Below, one piece after another: positions 38,304 to 47,629 of a stretch of DNA of 64,000 nt. Source of the stretch: Brevinematales bacterium (lineage in GTDB: Bacteria > Spirochaetota > Brevinematia > Brevinematales > GWF1-51-8); the NCBI GenBank assembly GCA_020059465.1, contig JAGVBZ010000041.1:9112-73111 (forward strand), in the 5' to 3' direction. The position numbers were made by a program, and so were the translations under genes. Within the stretch, counting starts at the first letter, position 1, and each line of letters begins with the position of its first letter. Below the pieces are notes generated by a model. It was not told where the DNA came from, ran no database searches, and was given only the letters and a program-made list of their open reading frames with translations.

Positions 38304-38774
38304 TTATTTCATATCTAATGCCGTACTGATAAACTCCATCGGCATCCCGATTCGCGCTTGAATTTCCTCGACAGTCAATCCTTCATGATAAAATCGCCGG
38401 ACGACTGATTCCATTGTTTCACCGACCTCGATAATATGCCCGTCGGGATCGAAGAACCGGAAGACACGCTGTCCCCACGGTTGTTCGCGAAGCTCGTGCA
38501 CCGGTTCCGCACCGTCCGCGGTAATTTTACGGTAGTCCGAATCTAAATCGCCGCTCTCGAAATAGAGTTCGAAATTGTTCGGACGGGAATCCCCGGATGC
38601 GCATTTATGCCCGGTCAGTCCTTCGTAATGACTTTTCAGGTGGATTGCGAAATCCCCCTCGAATGTCACATTCTGTCCGAAATCCATTTTTACACGGCAT
38701 CCCAAAGTTTTTTCATAAAAAGCGCGCGACCGTCCTATATCCTCCACGACGATCAGGGGGCAGATATATTTCAT
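38304..38774 (-). CDS. VOC/glyoxalase-bleomycin resistance family protein
   Basis: IVVEDIGRSRAFYEKTLG...FFDPDGHIIEV is the typical VOC fold signature. Confidence 0.8.
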   Translation of the reverse strand: MKYICPLIVVEDIGRSRAFYEKTLGCRVKMDFGQNVTFEGDFAIHLKSHYEGLTGHKCASGDSRPNNFELYFESGDLDSDYRKITADGAEPVHELREQPWGQRVFRFFDPDGHIIEVGETMESVVRRFYHEGLTVEEIQARIGMPMEFISTALDMK

Positions 38775-38790
38775 GGATTCTCCTTGATCG

Positions 38791-40221
38791 TTACTTCCAT
38801 TCCTTCACATTGATCTCCGATTCGATATTCGCGGTAAAGATGATCTTTTTCTGCAGGAGTTCGCCCTTCATCGAAATAGCGTTCTTACCGGAATCGTTCA
38901 CCAGCTCGAATACCATCCGGTCGCCCTTCTTCTTGCCGACCACCGCGCTCCATATAGTCGGGGTATCCTGCTGGAACACGATTTTTTCCTTCGCGCTTAC
39001 CTCGTTGATAGTAATGATCTTTCCCGTTAATCCCTTGATCTCCACAGGGGTCTTCACGATAATCTTTACGGTCGTATCGTCGCGTGATTTTTCCATCACA
39101 TCGATGACAACCGATTTCTTTTCGCTTCCGAACATTACAGTAAGGGTCGCCTTACCGGGTTTTAATCCCTTGATAACGCCCTTATCGTTGGCGGAGAGTA
39201 CCGACGGATTATCGCTGGATATTTTCATCGGGTACGGCGTCTCGTGAATACCGTTCTGGTAGATCACCTCCGCGAGGACTGTCGATTCATCGCCGATTCC
39301 AACCTTCGAAGGAATAATATGCATCTCGATTTTCGCGACAGGAGAATCGTATTTCCCGAAGAAGTAGAGAAGCGCGGATTTCAGACGGTACGCCCAGCAG
39401 GATTCGTTATGCGATCCGTTGGGATCCTCGAAATAGAGAATATTCTTCCCGTCGGCAAGACCCTGTTTCATCAGCCAAAGTTTCGCCTCGCGCATCGATA
39501 CTATCATCTTCCACCATTTATTGGAATTCTCCATCCATCCGCCGTCGATATACATCTTGATATTCTTTGAAAAATGCAGGGTGGGATTGATCGTGCCCGC
39601 GTCATCGAGATTGATCCGGATGATCGGCGACATAACCCCGGCGCACCCGAACACATCGGGATACCATCCGGCGATATTGTACGACGCGACTCCCCCGAAC
39701 GATGAACCGAGAATTCCCGTATTCGGGGCGTCGGTCAGCGTCGGGTAATGGCTGTCGATATACGGCTTGAGTTCCTCCACAATGAACTTTCCATACTCGT
39801 CCAGTCCGCCGTTGGGGACAATCTTCTCCAACGCGGGCGCGGCGGGAAGATAGTCGTATGCCCTCAGGTTCTCGCGGTTGTAAATCCCGACCACGATAAT
39901 TTCCTGCATCAGCCCTGCGGCGACTAGTTCGTCGATATCCTCGATTACCTTCCAACGGTCGAGGTTCTGCCCGTCATGCATATACAGTACGGGATATTTC
40001 TTCCCGGATGTTTCATAATTCTTCGGCAGACAGATTACGACCTGCGGCGCGGGAGTGACATACTCCGATTTTATCTCGGACTTACTGATTTTCACGGGCT
40101 CATTCATATAAATCCCGGAATATCCTTCCGAGGGCTTAATTTTCGCTTTTCCTCCCCCGCATGACGATAAAAACAACACCGATAATACGATAAACAAACC
40201 CGTCATTCTGATGATTCTCAT
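38791..40221 (-). CDS. secreted alpha/beta-hydrolase ('putative esterase' family) with C-terminal Ig-like domains, paralog 1
   Basis: Lipobox LSSCGG. YPVLYMHDGQNL, nucleophile elbow GSSFGG and a later GSHNE. Big_2-like SDNPSVLSANDKGVIKGLKPGKATLTV. The ATG at 40221 overlaps the paralog-2 stop (ATGA). Confidence 0.8.
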   Translation of the reverse strand: MRIIRMTGLFIVLSVLFLSSCGGGKAKIKPSEGYSGIYMNEPVKISKSEIKSEYVTPAPQVVICLPKNYETSGKKYPVLYMHDGQNLDRWKVIEDIDELVAAGLMQEIIVVGIYNRENLRAYDYLPAAPALEKIVPNGGLDEYGKFIVEELKPYIDSHYPTLTDAPNTGILGSSFGGVASYNIAGWYPDVFGCAGVMSPIIRINLDDAGTINPTLHFSKNIKMYIDGGWMENSNKWWKMIVSMREAKLWLMKQGLADGKNILYFEDPNGSHNESCWAYRLKSALLYFFGKYDSPVAKIEMHIIPSKVGIGDESTVLAEVIYQNGIHETPYPMKISSDNPSVLSANDKGVIKGLKPGKATLTVMFGSEKKSVVIDVMEKSRDDTTVKIIVKTPVEIKGLTGKIITINEVSAKEKIVFQQDTPTIWSAVVGKKKGDRMVFELVNDSGKNAISMKGELLQKKIIFTANIESEINVKEWK

Positions 40222-41609
40222 TTCCACTCTCCTATTTCTATTTCAGTATCCTTATTCGCAGTAAAAATAATTTTCTTCTTTATTGCATCGCCCTTCTTGG
40301 AATATCCTTTTTTCCCGTCGTTGTTAAATAGCTCTATTTCAATCCGGTCGCCCTTCGTTTTCTTCAGTTCGATTATCCACATGCTCCCGTCGGAGGATTT
40401 GGTAAGCGGCGCGCCGCCGTTCGTTTTTTTCTCGTTGAAGGTCAGCAGTGAATATTTTATCTCCTTCGTCCCGTCCGGGGCTTTTACTTTGACTGTCACC
40501 GTCATCAGGTCGCGGCTTTCCGGCAGTACGGTAATACTCATCGACGCATCCAGTCCGGCAGCGCTGACTTTCACAGTTCCGCCCGCGATACCCTTCACTT
40601 CCCCCTTAGGCAGAAGTTCTATCACCTTCGGCTTATCCGTCTTGTATTCGACAGGAAACAGGGTTTTCTTCATCAGGGCGTAGGTATCCTCCTGCCAGCA
40701 TATCAGGTGCGATTGGTCGCCCGCGCCGAGTTTCGGAGGAAACAGGATGATCGACGGTTTCTCATAGACCGGCTGATACCCGGCGAACAGGAAAAGAAGC
40801 GGCATCTTGAGACGCTTCGACCAGTTGTCCTCGTTATGCGACCCGTCGGGATCCTCGTAATAATGCAGGTTCGCGCCGTCCTTGAGGCCGATCCCCTTCA
40901 TCTTCATGTAGACGCTCTGCAAATCGGCGACCATCGACGGCTCGTCGCCGCCCTCTCGCCATCCGCCGTCGAAGTATATCTTTACATCGTTCGAGAAAAC
41001 AAGAGTCTTACCGATATCGTTCATTACGGCGCGGTTATTCCACCAGAACGACGGCGACAGCACCCCCGCCATCCCGAAAACGCCGGGATACCATCCCGTG
41101 ATATAGAACGACGACAACCCGCCGAGCGAAGACCCCATGACCCCTGTTTTCTTCCGGTCGGGCATGGTGCGGTAATGACTGTCGATATAGGGCTTGACCT
41201 CTTTCACGAGAAACGCGGCGTAATCTTTCAATCCACCGCTTGAGTATTTTTCGTTCGCATCCATTGAGGGCGTCAGGTCGTATATCCGTTTATCGCCGCG
41301 ATGGTAAATCCCCACGACGATGATTTCCGGCATCAGCCCTTTCTCCATCAGCGCGTTTAGGTTCTGTGTGAGTTTCCACGCCCCGAGGTTCTGCCCGTCA
41401 TGCATATACAGCACGGGGTAACGGTTCGTAGTAGTTTCATAGCTCGGCGGGAGGTAAATCACCACCTGAGGCGCGGGCTTGATATATTGCGAGGCCAATT
41501 CCTTCTGCGGGATTTTCAGCGGATTACCATACTCCGTCGCCGGTTTGACAGCGGACTGTCCGCAGGACAGCAGGGTAAGGGCGATGATCGCTGATATGAG
41601 ATATTTCAT
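40218..41609 (-). CDS. secreted alpha/beta-hydrolase ('putative esterase' family) with C-terminal Ig-like domains, paralog 2
   Basis: Lipobox LLSCGQ. YPVLYMHDGQNL, GSSLGG and GSHNE. Start set at the ATG (MKYLIS) after GGAGGA. Confidence 0.8.
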   Translation of the reverse strand: MKYLISAIIALTLLSCGQSAVKPATEYGNPLKIPQKELASQYIKPAPQVVIYLPPSYETTTNRYPVLYMHDGQNLGAWKLTQNLNALMEKGLMPEIIVVGIYHRGDKRIYDLTPSMDANEKYSSGGLKDYAAFLVKEVKPYIDSHYRTMPDRKKTGVMGSSLGGLSSFYITGWYPGVFGMAGVLSPSFWWNNRAVMNDIGKTLVFSNDVKIYFDGGWREGGDEPSMVADLQSVYMKMKGIGLKDGANLHYYEDPDGSHNEDNWSKRLKMPLLFLFAGYQPVYEKPSIILFPPKLGAGDQSHLICWQEDTYALMKKTLFPVEYKTDKPKVIELLPKGEVKGIAGGTVKVSAAGLDASMSITVLPESRDLMTVTVKVKAPDGTKEIKYSLLTFNEKKTNGGAPLTKSSDGSMWIIELKKTKGDRIEIELFNNDGKKGYSKKGDAIKKKIIFTANKDTEIEIGEWK

Positions 41610-41665
41610 TATTTCCTCCATCTGTCATCTTGCATCAATACACGTTTATTCACGGTAAAACGATG

Positions 41666-41717
41666 CCCTATTCGTGCTCATTCGAGTGTATTCGCGGACA
41701 GTCTCTTCCTGTTTTTT
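41666..41717 (+). repeat. 51-nt direct repeat, copy 1, flanking the GxxExxY insertion
   Basis: ccctattcgtgctcattcgagtgtattcgcggacagtctcttcctgttttt differs at 4 positions from 42318-42368. Confidence 0.8.
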
Positions 41718-41793
41718 TCATTTCAGTAATACTGATTTGAAAATCCATAAATCATTTATCCACGAATAAACACGAATTCACCCGAATAAATTT

Positions 41794-42191
41794 TCATAAT
41801 ACTAATCTTCGCCATTCCAGCTTACTATTACCAAAATTGATGATTAGTCCCAGTTTTAAATTCGATGCCTTTAAATAATTTAAAACTTGAGATTCCTCCA
41901 GAGAAGTAATTCTATTAATAGCCTTGAGTTCAACTTTATTTTTTCGTAACAAAGAAAGTCCGAAAAATACTCTTTTTTTAGAAATGTTTCCTTATACTTG
42001 ATTCGTAGTGGTTTTTCGCGCTCAAAAGGTATATTTTTATTTCGAAATTCTATTTCCATGGCTTCCTGATACACAGCCTCTAAAAACCCGCAACCTAAAT
42101 TATTTAAAACTTCAAATGCCGTTCCTATTATTTCATAAACTTCATCTTTATAAATTATATCTTCCCGGCACTCACGGCTATTCGCATTCAT
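41794..42191 (-). pseudogene. GxxExxY-family (PD-(D/E)XK-like) gene interrupted by a frameshift in an A-run
   Basis: The ORF reads ...GCGFLEAVYQEAMEIEF...DFLCYEKI, then goes out of frame. Shifting frame after tacgaaaaaataaag restores VELKAINRITSLEESQVLNYLKASNLKLGLIINFGNSKLEWRRLVL, ending at the TGA at 41796-41794. Confidence 0.7.
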
Positions 42192-42317
42192 TCGTGAACA
42201 ACCTCCATTGTCTACTTATCTCTTTCATTCCGGTTATTCCGGATTATCTGACCCAAAATATTCTATACTGTCTACAAATAAACACCATTCAACTTAAACA
42301 GAGTATTTATTCATTTT

Positions 42318-42368
42318 CCCTATTCGTGCTCTTTCGCGTGTATTCGTGGACAGCCTCTTCCTGTTTTT
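42318..42368 (+). repeat. 51-nt direct repeat, copy 2, flanking the GxxExxY insertion
   Basis: ccctattcgtgctctttcgcgtgtattcgtggacagcctcttcctgttttt. Confidence 0.8.
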
Positions 42369-42386
42369 CCAAATCTTTTCTATATT

Positions 42387-43793
42387 CTACTTCTCCCATG
42401 ATTTAAGCAGCACGTCCACTACCTGGTCTTCCTTGCAGTACACCATTTTAATATACGGAGACCCGCTGGTCTGAACTGCGGCCTTCCCGTCCTTAGTCTG
42501 GAAGTTCAGCACAAGTTTCGAGTTCACAGGGTAGGAGATCAGGAAATTGAAATGCAGGTTGCTTGCGGCAGCATAGGTATGCACGATATTGGTCGGACCG
42601 TCGTTCATTTTCACTACTACCGCCATAATCTCTCCCACAGGTTCCTCTGACTTCACCCTGACGAGAGTATACACCATCCCGTCGATCTTCGGCAGAACGT
42701 TCAACGTCTGTTTATACGTCTGCCCGCCGAATTTCAGCGACAGGTCGGTCTTTCCGGCGCTTTTACAGAGTCCCTTGCCGTCCTTGGATATTTCGATAAT
42801 CTTAGGATTCCCGCTTTTCAGGTCTGTGTTGTAAAGGGTGAATAAGAGATGAGGATTCACCTGAATATCGGCGGAGATTTTCAGCACATCGCCCTCTTTA
42901 TAGATTTCCGGCTCAGTACGCAGCAGAAGCATCCCCGGTGTTTTCACGATCTTTCCATAGAGGTATAAAAGGGGCATCTTTCCGCGCTTCGCCCAGTCCT
43001 TCTCGCTATGCGTCCCGACAAGGTCTTCATAATAGAAAATATTATCTAAATCCTTGAGTTTGAATTTCGTCTTGAGTTTCTGGTATACGTCCCGCATGTA
43101 TTTGATCATCGATGACTCGTCCGCCCCCTCCTTGAAACCGCCGTCGAGATAGATTTTCACATCTTTCGGGAATTTCATTTTATCCATATCGGCGATCACC
43201 CGTTCATCGTCCCACCAGAACGACGCGGAGATCGCGGCGGCCTTACCGAATACCTCGGGATACATCCCCAGCAGATAGAACGACGCCAACCCGCCCAGCG
43301 ATGAGCCGATCAGCCCGGTGTTCTTCCTGTCGGGCAGGGTGCGGTAATTCGAGTCGATGAAGGGCTTGAGTTCCTCTATGATAAACTTGGCGTAATTGGT
43401 CAGGTTTCCCCCCTGGTTCTTGACATACTCGTTATTGATCAGCGTGGGGGTGTAATCGCCTATTCGGTTCGCGGTATTCCATATCCCTACTATGATTACA
43501 CCGTCGATATGCCCCTCCTTCACCAGTATGTCGAGATTCTCATCCATCTGCCATTCTCCGGCGAACGAGGTCTTAGCGTCGAAAAGGTTCTGTCCGTCAT
43601 GCGCGTACAGGACGGGGTATTTTTTCCCGGACGCCGCATAATCCTTGGGGAGATACACGATTACCGGGGGAGTGAATTTCAGGTACTTCGACTGGAAGAA
43701 GTTTTTCCCTTTATAACTGACAAAACTGCCGTCCGACGCGAACAACGCGCCCGCGAGTAAAATTAATCCGATAGCCGTCCCTAACCGTTTCAT
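42387..43793 (-). CDS. secreted alpha/beta-hydrolase ('putative esterase' family) with C-terminal Ig-like domains, paralog 3
   Basis: Signal peptide present. YPVLYAHDGQNL, GSSLGG and GTHSE. GAGGAGG RBS. Confidence 0.8.
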   Translation of the reverse strand: MKRLGTAIGLILLAGALFASDGSFVSYKGKNFFQSKYLKFTPPVIVYLPKDYAASGKKYPVLYAHDGQNLFDAKTSFAGEWQMDENLDILVKEGHIDGVIIVGIWNTANRIGDYTPTLINNEYVKNQGGNLTNYAKFIIEELKPFIDSNYRTLPDRKNTGLIGSSLGGLASFYLLGMYPEVFGKAAAISASFWWDDERVIADMDKMKFPKDVKIYLDGGFKEGADESSMIKYMRDVYQKLKTKFKLKDLDNIFYYEDLVGTHSEKDWAKRGKMPLLYLYGKIVKTPGMLLLRTEPEIYKEGDVLKISADIQVNPHLLFTLYNTDLKSGNPKIIEISKDGKGLCKSAGKTDLSLKFGGQTYKQTLNVLPKIDGMVYTLVRVKSEEPVGEIMAVVVKMNDGPTNIVHTYAAASNLHFNFLISYPVNSKLVLNFQTKDGKAAVQTSGSPYIKMVYCKEDQVVDVLLKSWEK

Positions 43794-43947
43794 AAGTCCT
43801 CCTCATGTGCATACAGTATTCTAAGGAAAAAATTAAAAATCTACCAGAATCTTAATGCATCGTCTGAACATATTTTCAGGACAATGCGGATTATATATTC
43901 CTACCATTTAGGTATTTGAACTTTTGGATAAATTTTTCATATAAACC

Positions 43948-43975
43948 TTGATTATTTTTTTTTATCCTTTATAAT
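43948..43975 (+). promoter_or_regulatory. candidate sigma70-type promoter for the hydrogenase operon
   Basis: TTGATT (43948-43953), 16-nt T-rich spacer, TATAAT (43970-43975). Confidence 0.4.
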
Positions 43976-44000
43976 ATTTAGTGAATTTTTTCACAAGCAC

Positions 44001-44510
44001 ATGGAGGATAGTATGCCTAATGCTACAGAGACTTGTGCCTGCGCACAGGAGACAGACGAACAGAAGTATGAGAGAATCGCGGAGATTATCGAAGGATACG
44101 GGGCGCAGAAAACCAACCTGATCCAGATCCTGCATATGGCGCAGGGGATTTTCGGGTACCTTTCCCTCGAACTCCAGCAGTTCATCGCCGACAAACTCCG
44201 CCTTCCTCTATCGGAAGTTTACGGAGTGGTCACGTTTTATTCCTATTTTTCCACTACGCCCCGCGGAAAATACACGATCGGCGTGTGTTTGGGCACCGCT
44301 TGCTATGTGCGCGGGGGCAAGAAGATTATCGACCGTTTGAAGGAGATCCTGAATATCGGGCCGGGAGAGACCACCCCCGACCAGAAGTTTTCCCTCGAAG
44401 TCATGCGGTGTATCGGGGCATGCGGCCTCGCGCCCGCGATTACCGTCAACGGAAAGGTGCATAAACAGGTCAACGCCGATAAGCTCAAAACGCTGATCGC
44501 GAATTTATAA
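44001..44510 (+). CDS. NuoE/HydC-like [2Fe-2S] thioredoxin-fold subunit
   Basis: GKYTIGVCLGTACYVRGG...VMRCIGACGLAP cysteine pattern of the NuoE/HydC family. An alternative start is the ATG at 44013, after GGAGGA. Confidence 0.85.
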   Translation: MEDSMPNATETCACAQETDEQKYERIAEIIEGYGAQKTNLIQILHMAQGIFGYLSLELQQFIADKLRLPLSEVYGVVTFYSYFSTTPRGKYTIGVCLGTACYVRGGKKIIDRLKEILNIGPGETTPDQKFSLEVMRCIGACGLAPAITVNGKVHKQVNADKLKTLIANL

Positions 44511-44523
44511 CGGGGGGAATCGA

Positions 44524-47500
44524 ATGACAAAAACTCAAGTCAAAACTATCCGTTCCATCGAGGAACTGACGTTCCTGAAGAACGATACCCTGAAATCCCT
44601 CGCGGGATACAAATATGTTGTCCAGATCTGCGGCGGCGCGGGATGCGTATCGTCGGGATGCCAGAGCGTGAAGGATACGCTCCTGAAAGAAATCGAGACC
44701 CGCGGATTATCCGGAAAGGTGCTCGTCAATGTTACCGGATGTATCGGCACATGCGCGCTCGGACCTGTCATGATCGTCGAACCGGAAGGGGTATTCTACA
44801 CCAAGCTGGAGGATCAGGATATCGCCGGCATCGTCGAATCTCATTTCACCGGCGGCGTGCTGTTCGGTAAAAAAACATACCACGATAAAAAAACAGGCAA
44901 ACATACTCCCTATATTAAAGATATCGATTTCTTTAACCGCCAGCGTAAGATCGCTTTACGCAACTGCGGACGGATCGATTATTCCTCCATCGAGCAGTAT
45001 ATCGCCAACGACGGATATCTTGCTCTGGCGAAAAGCCTGAAGGATAAAAGCCCCGAAACTGTCATCGAGCAGGTGAAAAAGTCCGGGCTTCGCGGACGCG
45101 GCGGCGGGGGATTCCCTACCGGCGTGAAATGGGAAGCCGGGCGGAAAACACCGTCAGACGGGAAATATATCGTGTGCAACGCCGACGAGGGCGACCCCGG
45201 CGCGTTCATGGATAGAAGCCTGATCGAAGGCGACCCCCACTCCATCATCGAAGGGATGATGATCGGCGGTTACGCGATCGGCGCATCGCAGGGATATGTC
45301 TATATCCGCGCTGAGTATCCGCTTGCTATCGAACGTCTTTATGAGGCGATCGACCGGGCGCGCGCCTACGGCCTTCTCGGGCAGGATATCCTCGGAAGCG
45401 GGTTCGATTTCGATATCGAGATCCGTATCGGGGCGGGTTCGTTCGTATGCGGGGAAGAAACCGCGCTCATGCATTCCATCGAGGGAAAACGAGGCGAACC
45501 CCGCCAGAAACCCCCGTTCCCGTTCGAAAAAGGACTCTACGGAAAACCGACCATTATCAATAATGTCGAAACATTTGCAAATGTACCGCCGATCATCCTG
45601 AACGGCGGTGACTGGTTTGCCGGCATCGGTACCAAGGACAGTAAAGGCACTAAAGTTTTTGCCCTCGCGGGGAATATACAGAACACCGGATTGGTCGAAG
45701 TTCCCATCGGCGTATCCCTCGGCGAGATCATCTACGATATCGGCGGCGGTATCCCGAAAGGGCGAAAATTCAAGGCCGCGCAGACAGGCGGGCCGTCAGG
45801 CGGATGTATCACTCAGGAAAACCTCAATATCGAAATAGACTACGATAACCTGAAGAAGCTCGGCACAATCATGGGCTCCGGCGGCCTCATCATCATGGAC
45901 GAGGACGCCTGTATGGTGGACGTCGCGCGGTTCTTCATGGAGTTCGTGCAGGACGAATCCTGCGGGAAATGTACTCCGTGCCGTCTCGGAACCAAGCGTA
46001 TGCTCGAGATACTCGAACGCATCACGCACGGACAGGGGCGCGAGGGGGATATCGAACTTCTCGAGGAACTCGGCAATACCATCAAGGACAGCGCTATCTG
46101 CGGCCTCGGGCAGACCGGCCCAAACCCCGTACTCAGTACTATCCGCTATTTCCGCAACGAGTATGAAGAACATATCCATAATAAGTACTGCCGTTCGGGC
46201 GTGTGCAGCGACATGTTCATATCGCCGTGCCAGAACGCCTGCCCGGCGGGCATCAACGTTCCGGGGTATATCTCCCTCATCTCGGCGGGACGTGTCCGCG
46301 ACGCATACAACCTCATCCGTCAGGATAACCCGTTCCCGGCGGTATGTGGGCGCGTCTGCACCCATCCGTGCGAGAGCAAGTGCCGCAGAGGGCAGATGGA
46401 CGACGCTATCGCTATCTGCGACCTGAAGCGTTATGTGGCGGATATCGCGCTCGAAAGCGACGAACCGTACAAGGATATAGTATTCCCCAAGAAAGGGAAA
46501 AGTATCGGGATCATCGGCGCCGGGCCGTCCGGCCTGACCTGCGGGTATTATCTCGCGAGGCTCGGGTACGATGTCGATGTGTATGAGGAGGCGCCGGTTG
46601 CCGGAGGCGTGCTCGCGTTCGGAATACCGGAGTACCGTCTCCCGAAGGACGTCTTGGCCGCCGAGATCAAGGCGATCGAACAGGCGGGAGTGCGTATACA
46701 CACTGAGCACCCGATACATAATGAAAAAAGCTTTAACGAGTTATACGATAAGCATGACGCGATATATGTCGCGACAGGCACCCAGTTCTCACGCAAGATC
46801 AATGTTCAGGGCGAGGAGCTGACCGGAGTACATCACGGCCTCGATTTCTTGCGCGACGTGCATCTCAAACAGAATATCAAGATCGGCAATCATGTCGTGG
46901 TTATCGGGGGCGGAAATACCGCCATCGATACGTCGCGTGTGGCTAAACGTCTCGGTGCAAAGGATGTCACTATTCTCTACCGCCGCGAGATCGAGGATAT
47001 GCCCGCCGACCGCCGCGAGATCAACGAGGCTATCGAAGAAGGCATCAATGTGCATACCCTGACCGCCCCTGTACGTTTCGCCGGGAACGGCAAACTGACA
47101 CAGGTCGAATGTATCAAGATGGAGCTCGGCGAGTTCGACTCCGGCGGACGCAGGAAGCCGGTCGAACTGAAGGGTTCGGAATATGTCGTTAATTGCGATA
47201 TGGCCATTCTCGCGGTCAGCCAGTATACCGACCTCCCGTTTATCAAGAAGGAGGCGCAGACTGTGAGCAAATGGGGTACGTTCATCATCGATAAGAATAC
47301 GTTTATGACGAATATCGACGGAGTCTTCGCGGGAGGCGACTGTGTGCGCGGTTCCGATACCGTGATCACCGCTATCGCCGACGGGAAAAACACCGCTAAA
47401 TCGATCGATATTTATCTCGGCGGAAAGGGCGTACTGAATGTCGGCGAAGCGATCGATATTCCCAGAGCGGCGGAGGAAACCACTATCGTCGAGCACGAAC

Positions 47501-47628
47501 GTTTCCCGATGAAGTTTCTCGATGCGGAGACCCGCAGTCATACGTTCGACGAGGTCGCGCTCGGTTTCCATAAACTGAACGCTATCGCCGAATCCATGCG
47601 CTGTTTAAGATGCGATAGGAGGGCATAA
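44524..47628 (+). CDS. fusion protein: HydB/NuoF-like flavoprotein (aa ~1-555) plus GltD/NfnB-like NAD(P)H oxidoreductase module (aa ~555-1034)
   Basis: N-terminal [2Fe-2S] segment (CGGAGC...GCIGTC). FMN site GLRGRGGGGFPTGVKWE. NuoF cluster ESCGKCTPCRLG. Then GltD-type CQNACPAG...NPFPAVCGRVCTHPCESKC, FAD site IGIIGAGPSGL, second dinucleotide site VVVIGGGNTAID, and GVFAGGD. Confidence 0.85.
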   Translation: MTKTQVKTIRSIEELTFLKNDTLKSLAGYKYVVQICGGAGCVSSGCQSVKDTLLKEIETRGLSGKVLVNVTGCIGTCALGPVMIVEPEGVFYTKLEDQDIAGIVESHFTGGVLFGKKTYHDKKTGKHTPYIKDIDFFNRQRKIALRNCGRIDYSSIEQYIANDGYLALAKSLKDKSPETVIEQVKKSGLRGRGGGGFPTGVKWEAGRKTPSDGKYIVCNADEGDPGAFMDRSLIEGDPHSIIEGMMIGGYAIGASQGYVYIRAEYPLAIERLYEAIDRARAYGLLGQDILGSGFDFDIEIRIGAGSFVCGEETALMHSIEGKRGEPRQKPPFPFEKGLYGKPTIINNVETFANVPPIILNGGDWFAGIGTKDSKGTKVFALAGNIQNTGLVEVPIGVSLGEIIYDIGGGIPKGRKFKAAQTGGPSGGCITQENLNIEIDYDNLKKLGTIMGSGGLIIMDEDACMVDVARFFMEFVQDESCGKCTPCRLGTKRMLEILERITHGQGREGDIELLEELGNTIKDSAICGLGQTGPNPVLSTIRYFRNEYEEHIHNKYCRSGVCSDMFISPCQNACPAGINVPGYISLISAGRVRDAYNLIRQDNPFPAVCGRVCTHPCESKCRRGQMDDAIAICDLKRYVADIALESDEPYKDIVFPKKGKSIGIIGAGPSGLTCGYYLARLGYDVDVYEEAPVAGGVLAFGIPEYRLPKDVLAAEIKAIEQAGVRIHTEHPIHNEKSFNELYDKHDAIYVATGTQFSRKINVQGEELTGVHHGLDFLRDVHLKQNIKIGNHVVVIGGGNTAIDTSRVAKRLGAKDVTILYRREIEDMPADRREINEAIEEGINVHTLTAPVRFAGNGKLTQVECIKMELGEFDSGGRRKPVELKGSEYVVNCDMAILAVSQYTDLPFIKKEAQTVSKWGTFIIDKNTFMTNIDGVFAGGDCVRGSDTVITAIADGKNTAKSIDIYLGGKGVLNVGEAIDIPRAAEETTIVEHERFPMKFLDAETRSHTFDEVALGFHKLNAIAESMRCLRCDRRA

Positions 47629-47629
47629 A

